Below are positions 37,219 through 47,217 of a DNA stretch of 64,000 bases, piece by piece. The notes under the pieces were generated by a model. It was not told where the DNA came from, made no database searches, and worked only from the letters and a program-made list of their open reading frames with translations. Source of the DNA: Thermoleophilia bacterium (GTDB taxonomy: Bacteria; Actinomycetota; Thermoleophilia; BMS3ABIN01); the NCBI GenBank assembly GCA_014859345.1, contig JACUUL010000005.1:1072-65071 (forward strand). Direction: 5' to 3'. A program made the position numbers and the translations under genes. Every line of letters begins with the position of its first letter. Position 1 is the stretch's first letter.

Positions 37219-38099
37219 TATGATTCCTCCAGTGTATCGATGATCTTGCGCAGCTGTTCCTCGCCGGAGAACTCGATCTCGATCCGGCCGGCTTTCCCGG
37301 CCCAGCGCACCTTTACCGGCAGCCGGAAAGCTGAATAAAGAGCATCAGTGGCTTCGTCCATGACCTCTTGCCTCACCGGCGGCGCCTGAGGCCGGCGATT
37401 GTCGCCTCCGGCTGTTTCCTTGCGGGCGAGGTCCTCTGTCTGCCGCACGGACAATCCACGCGCCGCCGCCCGGGCTGCCAGCTTTTTCTGTTTCAGGCGG
37501 TCAGGAACCGAGAGTAACGCCCGCCCGTGTCCCTCCGACAGCTGTCCATGTTCGATCAGCTTCTGAACCTCGTCCGGTAAGTCAAGCAGCCGGATTGTGT
37601 TGGCTATCGCGGAGCGGCTGCGCCCCAGCCGGGTGGCCAGATCCTCCTGGGTGGTGCCGAACTCCTCTTGCAGGTTGGCGTAGGCCCGCGCCGTGTCCAT
37701 TGGATTCAGGTCCTCACGATTAATGTTCTCGATCAAGGCCAATTCAAGGGATTCGGCATCGCCCGCCGATCTGACAATAGCCGGCACGGTTTCCAGGCCG
37801 GCGATCCGCGCCGCCCGCCAGCGGCGCTCCCCAGCCACCAGTTCGTAGCCGCCTCCCTTTTTTCTGACGATCACGGGCTGCACCAGGCCCACGGCGGCAA
37901 TGGAGCGGGCCAGCTCGTGCAGCTTCTCATCGTCAAAAAAAGTGCGGGGCTGTGAAGGGTTCACGGAAATTTGATTAATGGACAATTCCTGGTAGGATTC
38001 CGCGGCGCTTGCCGCCTCGCTTTCAGAGGCCACGCTCCCGCTCTCCCCGATCAGCGCCGATAGGCCTTTGCCCAGACCCTTGGTGTTTTTACTACTCAC
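37215..38099 (-). CDS. parB: chromosome partitioning protein ParB
   Basis: 'KGLGKGLSAL' and 'GERRWRAA' ParB box. Overlaps parA by 8 nt. Confidence 0.9.
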   Translation of the reverse strand: MSSKNTKGLGKGLSALIGESGSVASESEAASAAESYQELSINQISVNPSQPRTFFDDEKLHELARSIAAVGLVQPVIVRKKGGGYELVAGERRWRAARIAGLETVPAIVRSAGDAESLELALIENINREDLNPMDTARAYANLQEEFGTTQEDLATRLGRSRSAIANTIRLLDLPDEVQKLIEHGQLSEGHGRALLSVPDRLKQKKLAARAAARGLSVRQTEDLARKETAGGDNRRPQAPPVRQEVMDEATDALYSAFRLPVKVRWAGKAGRIEIEFSGEEQLRKIIDTLEESY

Positions 38100-38892
38100 G
38101 CTCTACCACCTCCGTCGCCAGATCGAAATAGGCATCCGAGCCCGCGCAGGCCGGATCATAATGGGAAATAGGTTTACCAAAACTGGGAGCTTCGCTCAAC
38201 CTGACATTGCGGGGGATGACGGTGCGGTAGGTCAGGTTGGGGAAATGGGACCGCACTTCGCCGATAACCTGAGCCGAAAGCCTGGTGCGGGGGTCGTACA
38301 TGGTCATGAGAAGGCCGGCTATCTGGAGGCGGGGATTGAGCCCGGACTGAACCGCTGCCACCGTCTTGAGCAACTGACCGAGGCCCTCCAGGGCGAAGTA
38401 CTCGCATTGGACCGGCACTATCAGCTTGTCTGCGGCAACCAGTGCGTTTACGGTCAGCAGGCAAAGCGAAGGCGGGCAATCAATGAATATATATGCGAAG
38501 TCACGGGAGATGGCGTTAATTGAATCGGCGAGGATGAACTCCCGCCTTTCCCGCTGTGGCAGCTCCACGGCAGCGCCCGCCATTTCCGGGGTCGAAGGGA
38601 TTATGTAAAGATTGGAAATGCTGGCGGACGCGATGGCAGATTCCGAGGTTACGTTTCCGGATAGCACATCGTAGGAAGTCCCCGGCGCCTGCGATTCATC
38701 CAGACCAAGGCTGTGCGTTGCGTTGCATTGGGGGTCGAGGTCGATCAGGAGGGTCGTTGCTCCGGCCTCGGCAAGGCAAACCGCGGTGTTAACGCAAGTG
38801 GTTGTCTTGCCGACGCCGCCCTTCTGGTTGGCGACAGCATAGACGAGACCGGAGCCGTTAGCCCGCGACGCTGATGAAGGCATATCGTGCAC
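38092..38892 (-). CDS. parA: chromosome partitioning ATPase ParA/Soj
   Basis: 'ANQKGGVGKTTT' deviant Walker A. Confidence 0.9.
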   Translation of the reverse strand: MHDMPSSASRANGSGLVYAVANQKGGVGKTTTCVNTAVCLAEAGATTLLIDLDPQCNATHSLGLDESQAPGTSYDVLSGNVTSESAIASASISNLYIIPSTPEMAGAAVELPQRERREFILADSINAISRDFAYIFIDCPPSLCLLTVNALVAADKLIVPVQCEYFALEGLGQLLKTVAAVQSGLNPRLQIAGLLMTMYDPRTRLSAQVIGEVRSHFPNLTYRTVIPRNVRLSEAPSFGKPISHYDPACAGSDAYFDLATEVVERE

Positions 38893-39034
38893 GGAGGAAT
38901 TCTAACACGGTGCGGGACAGGTGACCAGAGAAGGTCAAGGAAGCAGGGTTGCGCAGCATGGCGTTATTTGGCCTGGTGGCGGCGTAATCGGCGATCATTT
39001 CACCGCCGTCCGGAGCCGCAGACACGCAATTTTC

Positions 39035-39739
39035 TTAACCGCTCAGCGGCCGTTTTCGGGGGATTCCGGGACGGCGGGGGTATGCGGACGGCGTGTCCGC
39101 CGTCTTTTTGAATATCCAGACATGCAGGTTTTTAGCCTCTGGGTAGGGTTTAGCTGTTTCGACGCGGACCAGCTCGCCTCCGAGTGCTTTGCCGGCTGTT
39201 TTCGCAGCGGCGTCATCACCCGGCTCGCGGGCACCTCTTTGCAACAGGGCATAGCCTCCCAGCCGTAACAGCGGAATAGAATACTCGAGCACTTCCGGCA
39301 ATGAGCCCACCGCGCGTGCCAGGGTCGCATCAAACGATTCCCGAAGGTCGGACCGCGCGGCTTCCTCGGCGCGGGCCGGCAGAACGCGGACGTTATCCAG
39401 GCCAAGCGCGGAGGCCGATCGCGAGACGAAATCGCTTTTCCTGCGGTTGGCCTCAATGAGAACGAATCTGCTCTGAGGCCTGGCTATTGCCAGCGGCAGG
39501 CCCGGGAAACCGGCGCCGCTGCCTATATCCGCCACTGCGGTTGCCTCAGCCAGCTCCGGCAACCGCAGCAGCCACAGGCTGTCATTGAAATGTACCCTGA
39601 CGATGTTCCGGGTGCCGGAGACCGCAGTCAGCTTGCTGTTTTTTTCCACGGCGACAAGGTCAAGGAGCTTTTCGAGCTGCGATATCTGACCGTCATTTAA
39701 GCGGCACTCTTTTTTTAGCTCTTGTTGCCAGTCGCTCAA
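39035..39739 (-). CDS. rsmG: 16S rRNA (guanine527-N7)-methyltransferase
   Basis: GidB family, 'DIGSGAGFPGLPLAI'. Overlaps mnmG by 4 nt. Confidence 0.85.
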   Translation of the reverse strand: MSDWQQELKKECRLNDGQISQLEKLLDLVAVEKNSKLTAVSGTRNIVRVHFNDSLWLLRLPELAEATAVADIGSGAGFPGLPLAIARPQSRFVLIEANRRKSDFVSRSASALGLDNVRVLPARAEEAARSDLRESFDATLARAVGSLPEVLEYSIPLLRLGGYALLQRGAREPGDDAAAKTAGKALGGELVRVETAKPYPEAKNLHVWIFKKTADTPSAYPRRPGIPRKRPLSG

Positions 39740-41595
39740 TGCCGGGCCTGGATATAAAGCGAAAGAACCGATACGTCGGCGGGAGAGACGCCGGCGATGC
39801 GCGAAGCCTGGCCCAGCGACGAGGGCCGGATGCGGGTCAGCTTTTCCCGGGCTTCGCTGGCGATACCCTTGAGGCTCATATAGTCAAGATCGTCCGGTAT
39901 ATATGTGGATTCCAGATGGTGCCAGCGTGAGATTTCGGCAAGCTGGCGCTCGATGTAACCTTCGTATTTGATTTCTATGCCGGCGCGCCGGACGGCGCCG
40001 CCGTCAGTAGCAAGGGATGTACTGCAGCCCGCCAGGGAAAGAACGGCAGAAATCGTCATTTCCGGCCTTTTTAGAATTTGCGCCGCGGATTGAGGCTCGG
40101 TCAGCGGGGAACTGCCTGCTTTCGCAAGAAGATCATTAGCCGTTGCTGACGGCCTTATTATTTTCGTTTTCAACATCATCAGAAGGCTTTTCATCTGGAT
40201 ATTTTCTTCCCTGACAGACTCCATGTTGCCGTCCGGAACCAGACCGAGCCGGTGCCCTATCGGTGCCAGGCGTTCATGAGCATTGTCGTGACGGAGCAAC
40301 AGGCGATATTCCGCGCGGGAAGTAAACATGCGATACGGTTCGTCGACATCCTTAGTGACCAGGTCATCGATCAAAACGCCGATGTACGCCTGGTCGCGCC
40401 GCAGGATCAGCGGATCCTCGCCGCGTACATAACGAGCGGCATTGATACCGGCGATCAAACCCTGGGCGGCGGCCTCCTCATAGCCGCTGGTGCCGTTTAT
40501 CTGGCCCGCCAGGAAGAGTCCCTCAATGGGTTTGGTCTCGAGACTGAGCTTGAGTTGGCTGGGGGGAGCGTAATCATATGCCACGGCATACCCGGGCCGC
40601 ATCAGCCGGGCATTTTCCAGGCCAGGCGTCGCCCGGATAATCTTCTCCTGCACCCATACTGGCATACTGGTAGTCAATCCCTGAAGGTAAAGCTCTTGTG
40701 TGTGCCGCCCCTCAGGCTCCACGAATACGGGATGGCGGTCCCTATCGGGGAATTTGACAACCTTGCGATCGATGGAAGGGCAATAACGGGGGCCTTTGCC
40801 GCTTACTGATCCCGTTCTGATAGGGGAAAGATGCAGATACTTCCTCACGACCTCATGGGTTTTTGCGGTAGTGTAGGTGAGGTAACAGGGAATCTGCTCG
40901 AATTTTTTTTGGCGCGAAAAAGGCGAGAAGGTTTCAGGATTCTCATCTCCCGGATCGACGGTCATCCGGTCAGGATCGATCGAACGGGCGTCGATCCGCG
41001 GCGGCGTAGCCGATTGGAATCGCTCAAGTTTCAGGCCGGTGTCCTCAAGGCTGCCTGAAAGCTCGAGCGAGGGCGGTTCGCCCATCCTTCCGGCAGGGAA
41101 ACGCTGATCACCCACGACGATGTTTCCCCGAAGAAAGGTGCCGCAGGCCAGTACGACGGCGCCGGCGGTGATCATGCTGCCATCAGTGAGTTCGATTCCC
41201 GTGGCTGTTTCACGTGAAACAACAAGCTTGGCGGCTGCGCCCTCGAGGATCTTCAGTGATGGCGCCGATGACAGAACCCGTTTCATATTGTCCTCGTAAA
41301 GTTTTTTATCCGTTTGCGCCCTCAATGCCCGGACCGCCGGGCCTTTGCCGGTATTGAGCATCTTCATCTGGATGAATGAGCGGTCGGTGTTGCGGCCCTG
41401 CTCGCCACCCAGGGCGTCGATCTCCCGTGTGAGCTGACCTTTGCCAACGCCGCCGACAGCGGGATTGCAGGGCATGAGCGCGATCTTCTCCAGGTTCAGG
41501 GTGATCAACAGAGTAGAGCGGTCCATGCGGGCAGCCGCTAGCGCCGCCTCACAGCCGGCATGGCCGCCTCCGACTACGACGACATCGAAAAACAT
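39736..41595 (-). CDS. mnmG: tRNA uridine-5-carboxymethylaminomethyl synthesis enzyme MnmG (GidA)
   Basis: 619 aa, 'DVVVVGGGHAGCEAA' FAD site. Full-length GidA. Confidence 0.9.
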   Translation of the reverse strand: MFFDVVVVGGGHAGCEAALAAARMDRSTLLITLNLEKIALMPCNPAVGGVGKGQLTREIDALGGEQGRNTDRSFIQMKMLNTGKGPAVRALRAQTDKKLYEDNMKRVLSSAPSLKILEGAAAKLVVSRETATGIELTDGSMITAGAVVLACGTFLRGNIVVGDQRFPAGRMGEPPSLELSGSLEDTGLKLERFQSATPPRIDARSIDPDRMTVDPGDENPETFSPFSRQKKFEQIPCYLTYTTAKTHEVVRKYLHLSPIRTGSVSGKGPRYCPSIDRKVVKFPDRDRHPVFVEPEGRHTQELYLQGLTTSMPVWVQEKIIRATPGLENARLMRPGYAVAYDYAPPSQLKLSLETKPIEGLFLAGQINGTSGYEEAAAQGLIAGINAARYVRGEDPLILRRDQAYIGVLIDDLVTKDVDEPYRMFTSRAEYRLLLRHDNAHERLAPIGHRLGLVPDGNMESVREENIQMKSLLMMLKTKIIRPSATANDLLAKAGSSPLTEPQSAAQILKRPEMTISAVLSLAGCSTSLATDGGAVRRAGIEIKYEGYIERQLAEISRWHHLESTYIPDDLDYMSLKGIASEAREKLTRIRPSSLGQASRIAGVSPADVSVLSLYIQARH

Positions 41596-41802
41596 CTCAC
41601 TGCTCCAGGCGGCGCCGCGCCAGGAAGCCTTTTCTGTTGTAACTACTTGTCATAATTTAATAATTGTGGTGGTACGACACCGTCCGGTTCGGGCCGATCT
41701 ATCGTTTTCGGCGCCGGCTTTTCTTAACTGTTTTTTGTTCGGCCGCGGCGCCTGATGGCTAGCTCACTCGAAGATGACACCCGGCGCACCAAACCAACAT
41801 AT

Positions 41803-42777
41803 TTATATTAGGTTGTCAAAAAATGCATCTTTTTCCAGAGACGTTGCCGCCGCGTTTATGCCTGCCATCAGCCCCTGCAGGGCAGCTTCGACGTAGCTGC
41901 CGGCGCCTGCCGCGCGGCCGGCGATGAACAGGCCGGGCCGCGAGATCGCTTCCATGCGCGCGTCCAGCTGGCCACTGCCAAGCGCCAGATAGCTGACCGA
42001 ATAAGAGGCGCGGGTCATCCACGCCCCGGGTTCCCGCATCTTTGACCTGATCCCGGTCAGCTGTTGACGGCGGTTGCCACTCGTTGAAATTTCCTGAACG
42101 AACAGCTCGCCGGTCAGGCAGCCATCAGCCACCCGCGTGTGATTGGCGGCAACGCTGCGCGAATCAACGCGGGGAAGGCCGGACGCGTAAACGGGGACGA
42201 GTTCCAGGCCCAGGTTTCGCAGGCATACCGCCAAAGAATTGGCGGGTATCTCGCCGCGCCGGCCGCCAGGATGCTTATGGCCGGCATCGTCCACCTCGCC
42301 CTTGAGGAAGGTTCCGGCGGCAACCACCACGGCGCCTCCCCGGAATTCCTCGCCCAGATTCGTGCCCACGCGCCACGCCGGTTCATCGTCCGCCTTATTG
42401 CCCGGCTCCAGCAAGGAGACCAGCGATTGCCGCGGCTCGAGACCGGCCGCTGACTCGATAGACTCCTTGTAAGCGAGCCCCAGCTGGCGCCGGTCGATGA
42501 CAATCTTTCCGGGAACATGCCCGCCGGCGTCGGCGGTCACTTTTTCCAGGGAGAGGAATTCCGGAAGCTTTCCCCCCAGGCGCCGCATCACACGAAGCCT
42601 CTCAGTTCTCATATCTTTCAGGTCGCCCGCCAGTATGGGCGTACCGGGAGGGTATCCGGCAGTATCCAGGCTGATAGTCAGGCAAAGGGTGCGGGCGCCG
42701 GCTTTCGCCGCGGCCAGGGCGGCCTCACATCCTGCCGGTCCGGCGCCTATCACGATTACGTCATATTCCGGGATCAT
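41803..42777 (-). CDS. truncated, divergent GidA/MnmG-like FAD-dependent oxidoreductase paralogue (~325 aa)
   Basis: 'YDVIVIGAGPAGCEAALAAAKAG' mirrors the MnmG N-terminus, but the protein lacks the MnmG C-terminal tRNA-binding half. ATG at 42777 (track TTG at 42795). Confidence 0.55.
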   Translation of the reverse strand: MIPEYDVIVIGAGPAGCEAALAAAKAGARTLCLTISLDTAGYPPGTPILAGDLKDMRTERLRVMRRLGGKLPEFLSLEKVTADAGGHVPGKIVIDRRQLGLAYKESIESAAGLEPRQSLVSLLEPGNKADDEPAWRVGTNLGEEFRGGAVVVAAGTFLKGEVDDAGHKHPGGRRGEIPANSLAVCLRNLGLELVPVYASGLPRVDSRSVAANHTRVADGCLTGELFVQEISTSGNRRQQLTGIRSKMREPGAWMTRASYSVSYLALGSGQLDARMEAISRPGLFIAGRAAGAGSYVEAALQGLMAGINAAATSLEKDAFFDNLI

Positions 42778-42960
42778 GTACGGCAGGGAATCCAAGCACA
42801 GTCACCCATATAATGAATGTTCCTCATTTTTAAGTTCCTTGCTCACGGCGCCCCGGCTTGGTTTTTCAGTGCTGGCGGCCTCTGACACAGCCTGTCACGG
42901 AAGGCTGATCCCGGGGGCTCCAGCAGGAGAAGAATCAACAACAAAGCGGCTGCCAAAGCC

Positions 42961-44343
42961 TTACTTTCCTATGCAGAACTCCTGGAAGATGACATCCAGA
43001 AGATCCTCCAGCATCTCCTCGCCGGTGATCTCGCCCAGCGAACCGGTCGCGGAGCGCAACTCCTCAGCGATCAGCTCCGGGCCCAGTCCCACCCGAAAAC
43101 CCTGAGCGGCCCGGGAAACCGAGGCGGCCGCCCGTTCCAGCGCCAGCTTGTGGCGCTCGTGAGTGACTATGGGCCCCTCCAGCGGAGGCAGGCTGCCCCC
43201 CAGCACGAAGTCGGCAATCTTCTCCTTGAGCTCCGTAAGGCCCTGGCGCGTCAACGCGGATATCAAGACCGGTCTGGCTGGCAGCAATCCCTGATTGAAC
43301 GCCGCCGGCCGGCCCCTTAACATATCCGACTTGTTGATAATATATATCGCCCTGTCGGCCGGCACCGAGGTCAGCAGCGTCCGGTCGTGGTCGTCCTCCC
43401 GCAAGCTGCCGTCAAACAAACAGAGGATCAGATCCGCCTCCTCGAGGGCGCGGTGGGCACGCTCAATCCCTATCTGCTCCACCTCATCGCCCGCAGGCCT
43501 CAGGCCTGCCGTGTCAATGAGCCGAAGCGGAATGCCGCACACGTTGATAATCTCCTCGATGGTATCGCGGGTGGTGCCGGGCGTTTCAGTCACGATCGCC
43601 CTTTCGCGCATCAGCAAGGAATTCAGCAGGCTGGATTTGCCCACGTTCGGCTTCCCGACGATTGCCGTGCGAACTCCCTGGCTTATGACCCTGCCCACGA
43701 AAGCGGAGTCGATCAGCTCACCAATGCTGGCTTCGATCTCCTCCAGCTGTTCCTTGTTGACGGCAAAGTCCGGCTCGCCGGGATCCTCATCGGCAAAGTC
43801 GATCTCCGCCTCGACGCCGGCCATCACGCGCAGGAGGCTCTGCCTGAGCGCCTTGACCTCCCGGGAGATCGACCCCTCCAGCTGGGCCATGGCCACCTTC
43901 AGGCCGGCTTCGGTTTTGGCGGAGATTATCTGGGCCACGCTTTCGGCCTGGGCCAGATCGATGCGGCCGTTCAGGAACGCCCTGCGGGTGAACTCTCCCG
44001 GCGAAGCCAGAGCCGCCCCCTGCTTCAAAAACAGGGAAAGGATTTTTTGCTGGGCTACCGTGCCGCCATGACAGTTGACCTCGACGATGTCCTCCCGGGT
44101 ATAGGTTCCCGGACCCCGCATGACGCTCACCAGCACCTCATCCACGAGGGAACCGCTGTCAGGTTCAAAAACCGCCCCGTAGTGAATCGTGTGGGAGTCG
44201 GCGTCCGCCAGCCGCAGTCCCTTGACCGACCGGAATACCGCGTCACAGATGCCGACGGCCGCCGGTCCGGTCATGCGCACGATGCCGATCGCGCCGGTAC
44301 CGAGGGGCGTGGAAATGGCGGCGATTGTAGGAATTTCCTGCAT
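42961..44343 (-). CDS. mnmE: tRNA modification GTPase MnmE (TrmE)
   Basis: G-domain motifs ('GKPNVGKSSLLN') and C-terminal 'CIGK'. Start taken at 'MQEIPTIAAISTPLG'; the track ORF has a 25-aa extension. Confidence 0.85.
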   Translation of the reverse strand: MQEIPTIAAISTPLGTGAIGIVRMTGPAAVGICDAVFRSVKGLRLADADSHTIHYGAVFEPDSGSLVDEVLVSVMRGPGTYTREDIVEVNCHGGTVAQQKILSLFLKQGAALASPGEFTRRAFLNGRIDLAQAESVAQIISAKTEAGLKVAMAQLEGSISREVKALRQSLLRVMAGVEAEIDFADEDPGEPDFAVNKEQLEEIEASIGELIDSAFVGRVISQGVRTAIVGKPNVGKSSLLNSLLMRERAIVTETPGTTRDTIEEIINVCGIPLRLIDTAGLRPAGDEVEQIGIERAHRALEEADLILCLFDGSLREDDHDRTLLTSVPADRAIYIINKSDMLRGRPAAFNQGLLPARPVLISALTRQGLTELKEKIADFVLGGSLPPLEGPIVTHERHKLALERAAASVSRAAQGFRVGLGPELIAEELRSATGSLGEITGEEMLEDLLDVIFQEFCIGK

Positions 44344-44538
44344 AGGGCGTATTATAGCAGCGCCAACCATGGCAGGGAGAAAACAGAACAGGTGATTCAG
44401 AATCACCATCAGCGGCATCTAATCAATGGCAGCGCGAGGGCCGGATGCAAGTTACCGTAAAGCCATGGAAACGATAGCGGGCTGACTTCTTTTCTCCGGA
44501 ACGGGTAAAATAACCGGGTTCCCTATCGAGGAGGCAAA

Positions 44539-46356
44539 TTGGCGAAGGACGAGGCACCCGGGAGCGCAAAATTCTTTTTCTCTCCCCGCCCGAACAGAGC
44601 CCATGAAATCGATTGGATGGAATGGGGGGACGAGGCCTTCCGGCGCGCCCGGGAGGAGAAGCGGCCCATTCTTCTGTCGGTCTCCGCTGTGTGGTGTCAT
44701 TGGTGCCACGTGATGGACGAGACCACATTTTCCGATGGCCAGGTGATCCAGGTGATAAACAGCCGGTTTGTCGGCGTCAGGGTTGATAGCGACAGGCGGC
44801 CCGATATCAACAGCCGCTACAACCAGGGAGGATGGCCGACCGTTGCGTTTCTTACCCATGAGGGAGAAATCATCGCCGGCACAACCTATGTGCCGCCGGA
44901 CCAGATGGGACGCCTGCTGAACGACGTGGCGGATGTCTTCGAGCGCAGCGCCGCAGATCTCGACGCGGCGATTGAATATGTCCGTGAGCGCCGTAACGCG
45001 CCGGCGCCCGTGCCCGGAGGCGGTTTCGACGCGTCCATGGTGGATTATGTCGTGGATGTGGCTGAAAAGGCCTATGATTCCGAAGCCGGCGGCTTTGGGA
45101 ACGAGCCGAAGTTTCTCTATGCCGGCATGCTGGGCCTGTTGCTGTCGCGCCTGGCTGCGGACGCTCCCGGGAACATCGCCGGTATTTTGCGTCACACCCT
45201 GGAAAAGATGGCCTATGGCAACATCTATGATCAGTCGGAGGGAGGCTTCTTCAGATATTCCACCACGCGGGACTGGTCGGTCCCTCACTATGAGAAGCTG
45301 CTGGAGGACAACGCGGCCATGATGACCGTTTATGCCGATGCGTTCAACCTGAGCGGCGAGGCTGATTATGCCAGGACAGTTTATGGCATTCATGATTATC
45401 TGACCAAGACACTGCTGGACCCGGGGACGGGAGCTTTCGCGGGCAGCCAGGACGCCGACGAGGAGTACTACCGGCTGGCGGCAGATGAAAGGACAGCCCG
45501 GAAGCCGCCTCTGGTTGACCGCACTGTATACTCCGGGTTAAATGCGCGGACGGCCTCGGCGCTCCTGCGGGCTTTTCAGGTGCTGGAAGAGGTGGAGTTC
45601 AGGTCCCAGGCGATCAAAGCCCTGGAATTCGTCTATGAACATCTGTGGGACGATGATGCAGGTCCATATCACTATTTCAATGGCGAGGCCAACCTGCCGG
45701 GATTGCTGACCGACGCTGCCTGGATCCTCAGCGCCTGCCTGGACGCGTACGAAAGCGGCGCCGGCGAGAGGTGGCTAGACCGCGCCCTCCGGGTCGCCGG
45801 CTGGATGCTTGGCCATCTGCAGGACCACGGCTCGGGGGCCTTCCTTGACTGTGTCCATCCTCCCGGCTCCCGAGGGCTGCCATCGGAGAAAACCAGGCCG
45901 CCCGTGGATAACAGCGTCGCTGCTGACGGGCTCATCAGGCTGGCTCAAAACTCGGGACAGAAAAAATATGACGAAGCAGCCCGCAGAGCGCTCTTGTATT
46001 TCTCCGGCACCTTCCAGGAGTATGGAATGTTCGCCGCCGAATACGCCGTATCTGTTGCCCGCCTCCTGGATCCGCCGGTGCGCGTGACCGTCGTTGGCAC
46101 TCCGGATGACGCTGCCACCGTGGAACTGATCAGGGGAGCCCACCGGGCGCGAATCCCCTTCAGATCGGTGGAGGTCATCGATCCCGAAGCTTACGGCGAT
46201 GAGCTCGAGGAGACCGGTTATGGTTATACCGGCACTCCGGTGGCCTACGCCTGCATCGGCACGGCCTGTCAGCCTCCGGTCTCGGATCCGAAGGAGCTGT
46301 CGGCGCGGCTGGAAGCCGGGTGGACGGATGCGACCGCGAGATGGGGTCAAGCATAG
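44539..46356 (+). CDS. thioredoxin-domain protein, YyaL/DUF255 family (N-terminal CxxC thioredoxin fold + C-terminal alpha/alpha barrel)
   Basis: 'LLSVSAVWCHWCHVMD' motif. 605 aa. Confidence 0.7.
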   Translation: MAKDEAPGSAKFFFSPRPNRAHEIDWMEWGDEAFRRAREEKRPILLSVSAVWCHWCHVMDETTFSDGQVIQVINSRFVGVRVDSDRRPDINSRYNQGGWPTVAFLTHEGEIIAGTTYVPPDQMGRLLNDVADVFERSAADLDAAIEYVRERRNAPAPVPGGGFDASMVDYVVDVAEKAYDSEAGGFGNEPKFLYAGMLGLLLSRLAADAPGNIAGILRHTLEKMAYGNIYDQSEGGFFRYSTTRDWSVPHYEKLLEDNAAMMTVYADAFNLSGEADYARTVYGIHDYLTKTLLDPGTGAFAGSQDADEEYYRLAADERTARKPPLVDRTVYSGLNARTASALLRAFQVLEEVEFRSQAIKALEFVYEHLWDDDAGPYHYFNGEANLPGLLTDAAWILSACLDAYESGAGERWLDRALRVAGWMLGHLQDHGSGAFLDCVHPPGSRGLPSEKTRPPVDNSVAADGLIRLAQNSGQKKYDEAARRALLYFSGTFQEYGMFAAEYAVSVARLLDPPVRVTVVGTPDDAATVELIRGAHRARIPFRSVEVIDPEAYGDELEETGYGYTGTPVAYACIGTACQPPVSDPKELSARLEAGWTDATARWGQA

Positions 46357-46570
46357 GTCTTTTTCTGTCCTGACCAATCCCTGCCGCGGCTGGCGAAACC
46401 ATTTCTTATACCCGCAGATTGTAATCTAAACACATCTTTCTCACGGAAACAGTAAGGCTAAACTAGAGGGTCATACTTTCCCTTTTTTCAAATGTTGCAA
46501 ATTGCGCAATAAACTTTTCGGACACTCTTTACGCCGGCCGCGAGACTGGACTATCATATTTAACCAGTTG

Positions 46571-46640
46571 CAGGATTTGGCCAGCAAACCCACGAAATAT
46601 AGTATGTTCGTAATTAAGAGTCACAATATCTAGTTAGTCG
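46571..46640 (+). promoter_or_regulatory. two NrdR-box-like palindromes (cacgaaatatagtatg; cacaatatctagttag) in an AT-rich island upstream of nrdR
   Basis: Resemble the NrdR box consensus acaCwAtATaTwGtgt. The ~300-nt region is markedly AT-rich for this genome. Confidence 0.45.
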
Positions 46641-46652
46641 TGTGATGGCTCC

Positions 46653-47096
46653 GTGAAATGCTTCTATTGTGGATCAGCAGAGACCAAGGTGGTCGATTCA
46701 CGCGACACCGAGTCGCGGGATGCGGTCAGGAGGCGGCGTGAATGCCTGCGTTGCCGGAAACGGTTTACCACCTACGAGCGGGTTGAGGAATTGACGCTGA
46801 CGGTCATCAAGCGGGGCGGCGAGCGGGAGGTTTTTTCTCATGCAAAGCTGCTCACGGGACTGTTGAGAGCATGCGAGAAGCGCCCTATCGAGTCCGTGAC
46901 GCTTGAGCAGCTGGTGGAAGGGCTGGAGGCGGAGCTGCGTAACGAATTCAAAACCGAGGTGCCGGCGGCGGAGATAGGCGAGAAGGTGCTGAGCCGCCTG
47001 AAGGAGCTCGACAAAGTGGCATACGTGCGCTTCGCTTCGGTATACCGCCAGTTCGATAACATAGAACAGTTCAAAAACGAGCTGACCGGTCTTTAG
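46653..47096 (+). CDS. nrdR: transcriptional repressor NrdR
   Basis: 'MKCFYCGS...CLRCRKRFTTYE' zinc ribbon followed by an ATP-cone. Confidence 0.9.
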   Translation: MKCFYCGSAETKVVDSRDTESRDAVRRRRECLRCRKRFTTYERVEELTLTVIKRGGEREVFSHAKLLTGLLRACEKRPIESVTLEQLVEGLEAELRNEFKTEVPAAEIGEKVLSRLKELDKVAYVRFASVYRQFDNIEQFKNELTGL

Positions 47097-47217
47097 AAAA
47101 TTTTCGGTTTCTTGATTTTTGCGGGCGGGGGCCCCGGCAGGCAGCTACAATTAACAGGCGATCATCTGTCCGGCTGACTGCTTATAATCCGGGACAAGAC
47201 GCAGAAAGGGGAATCAA

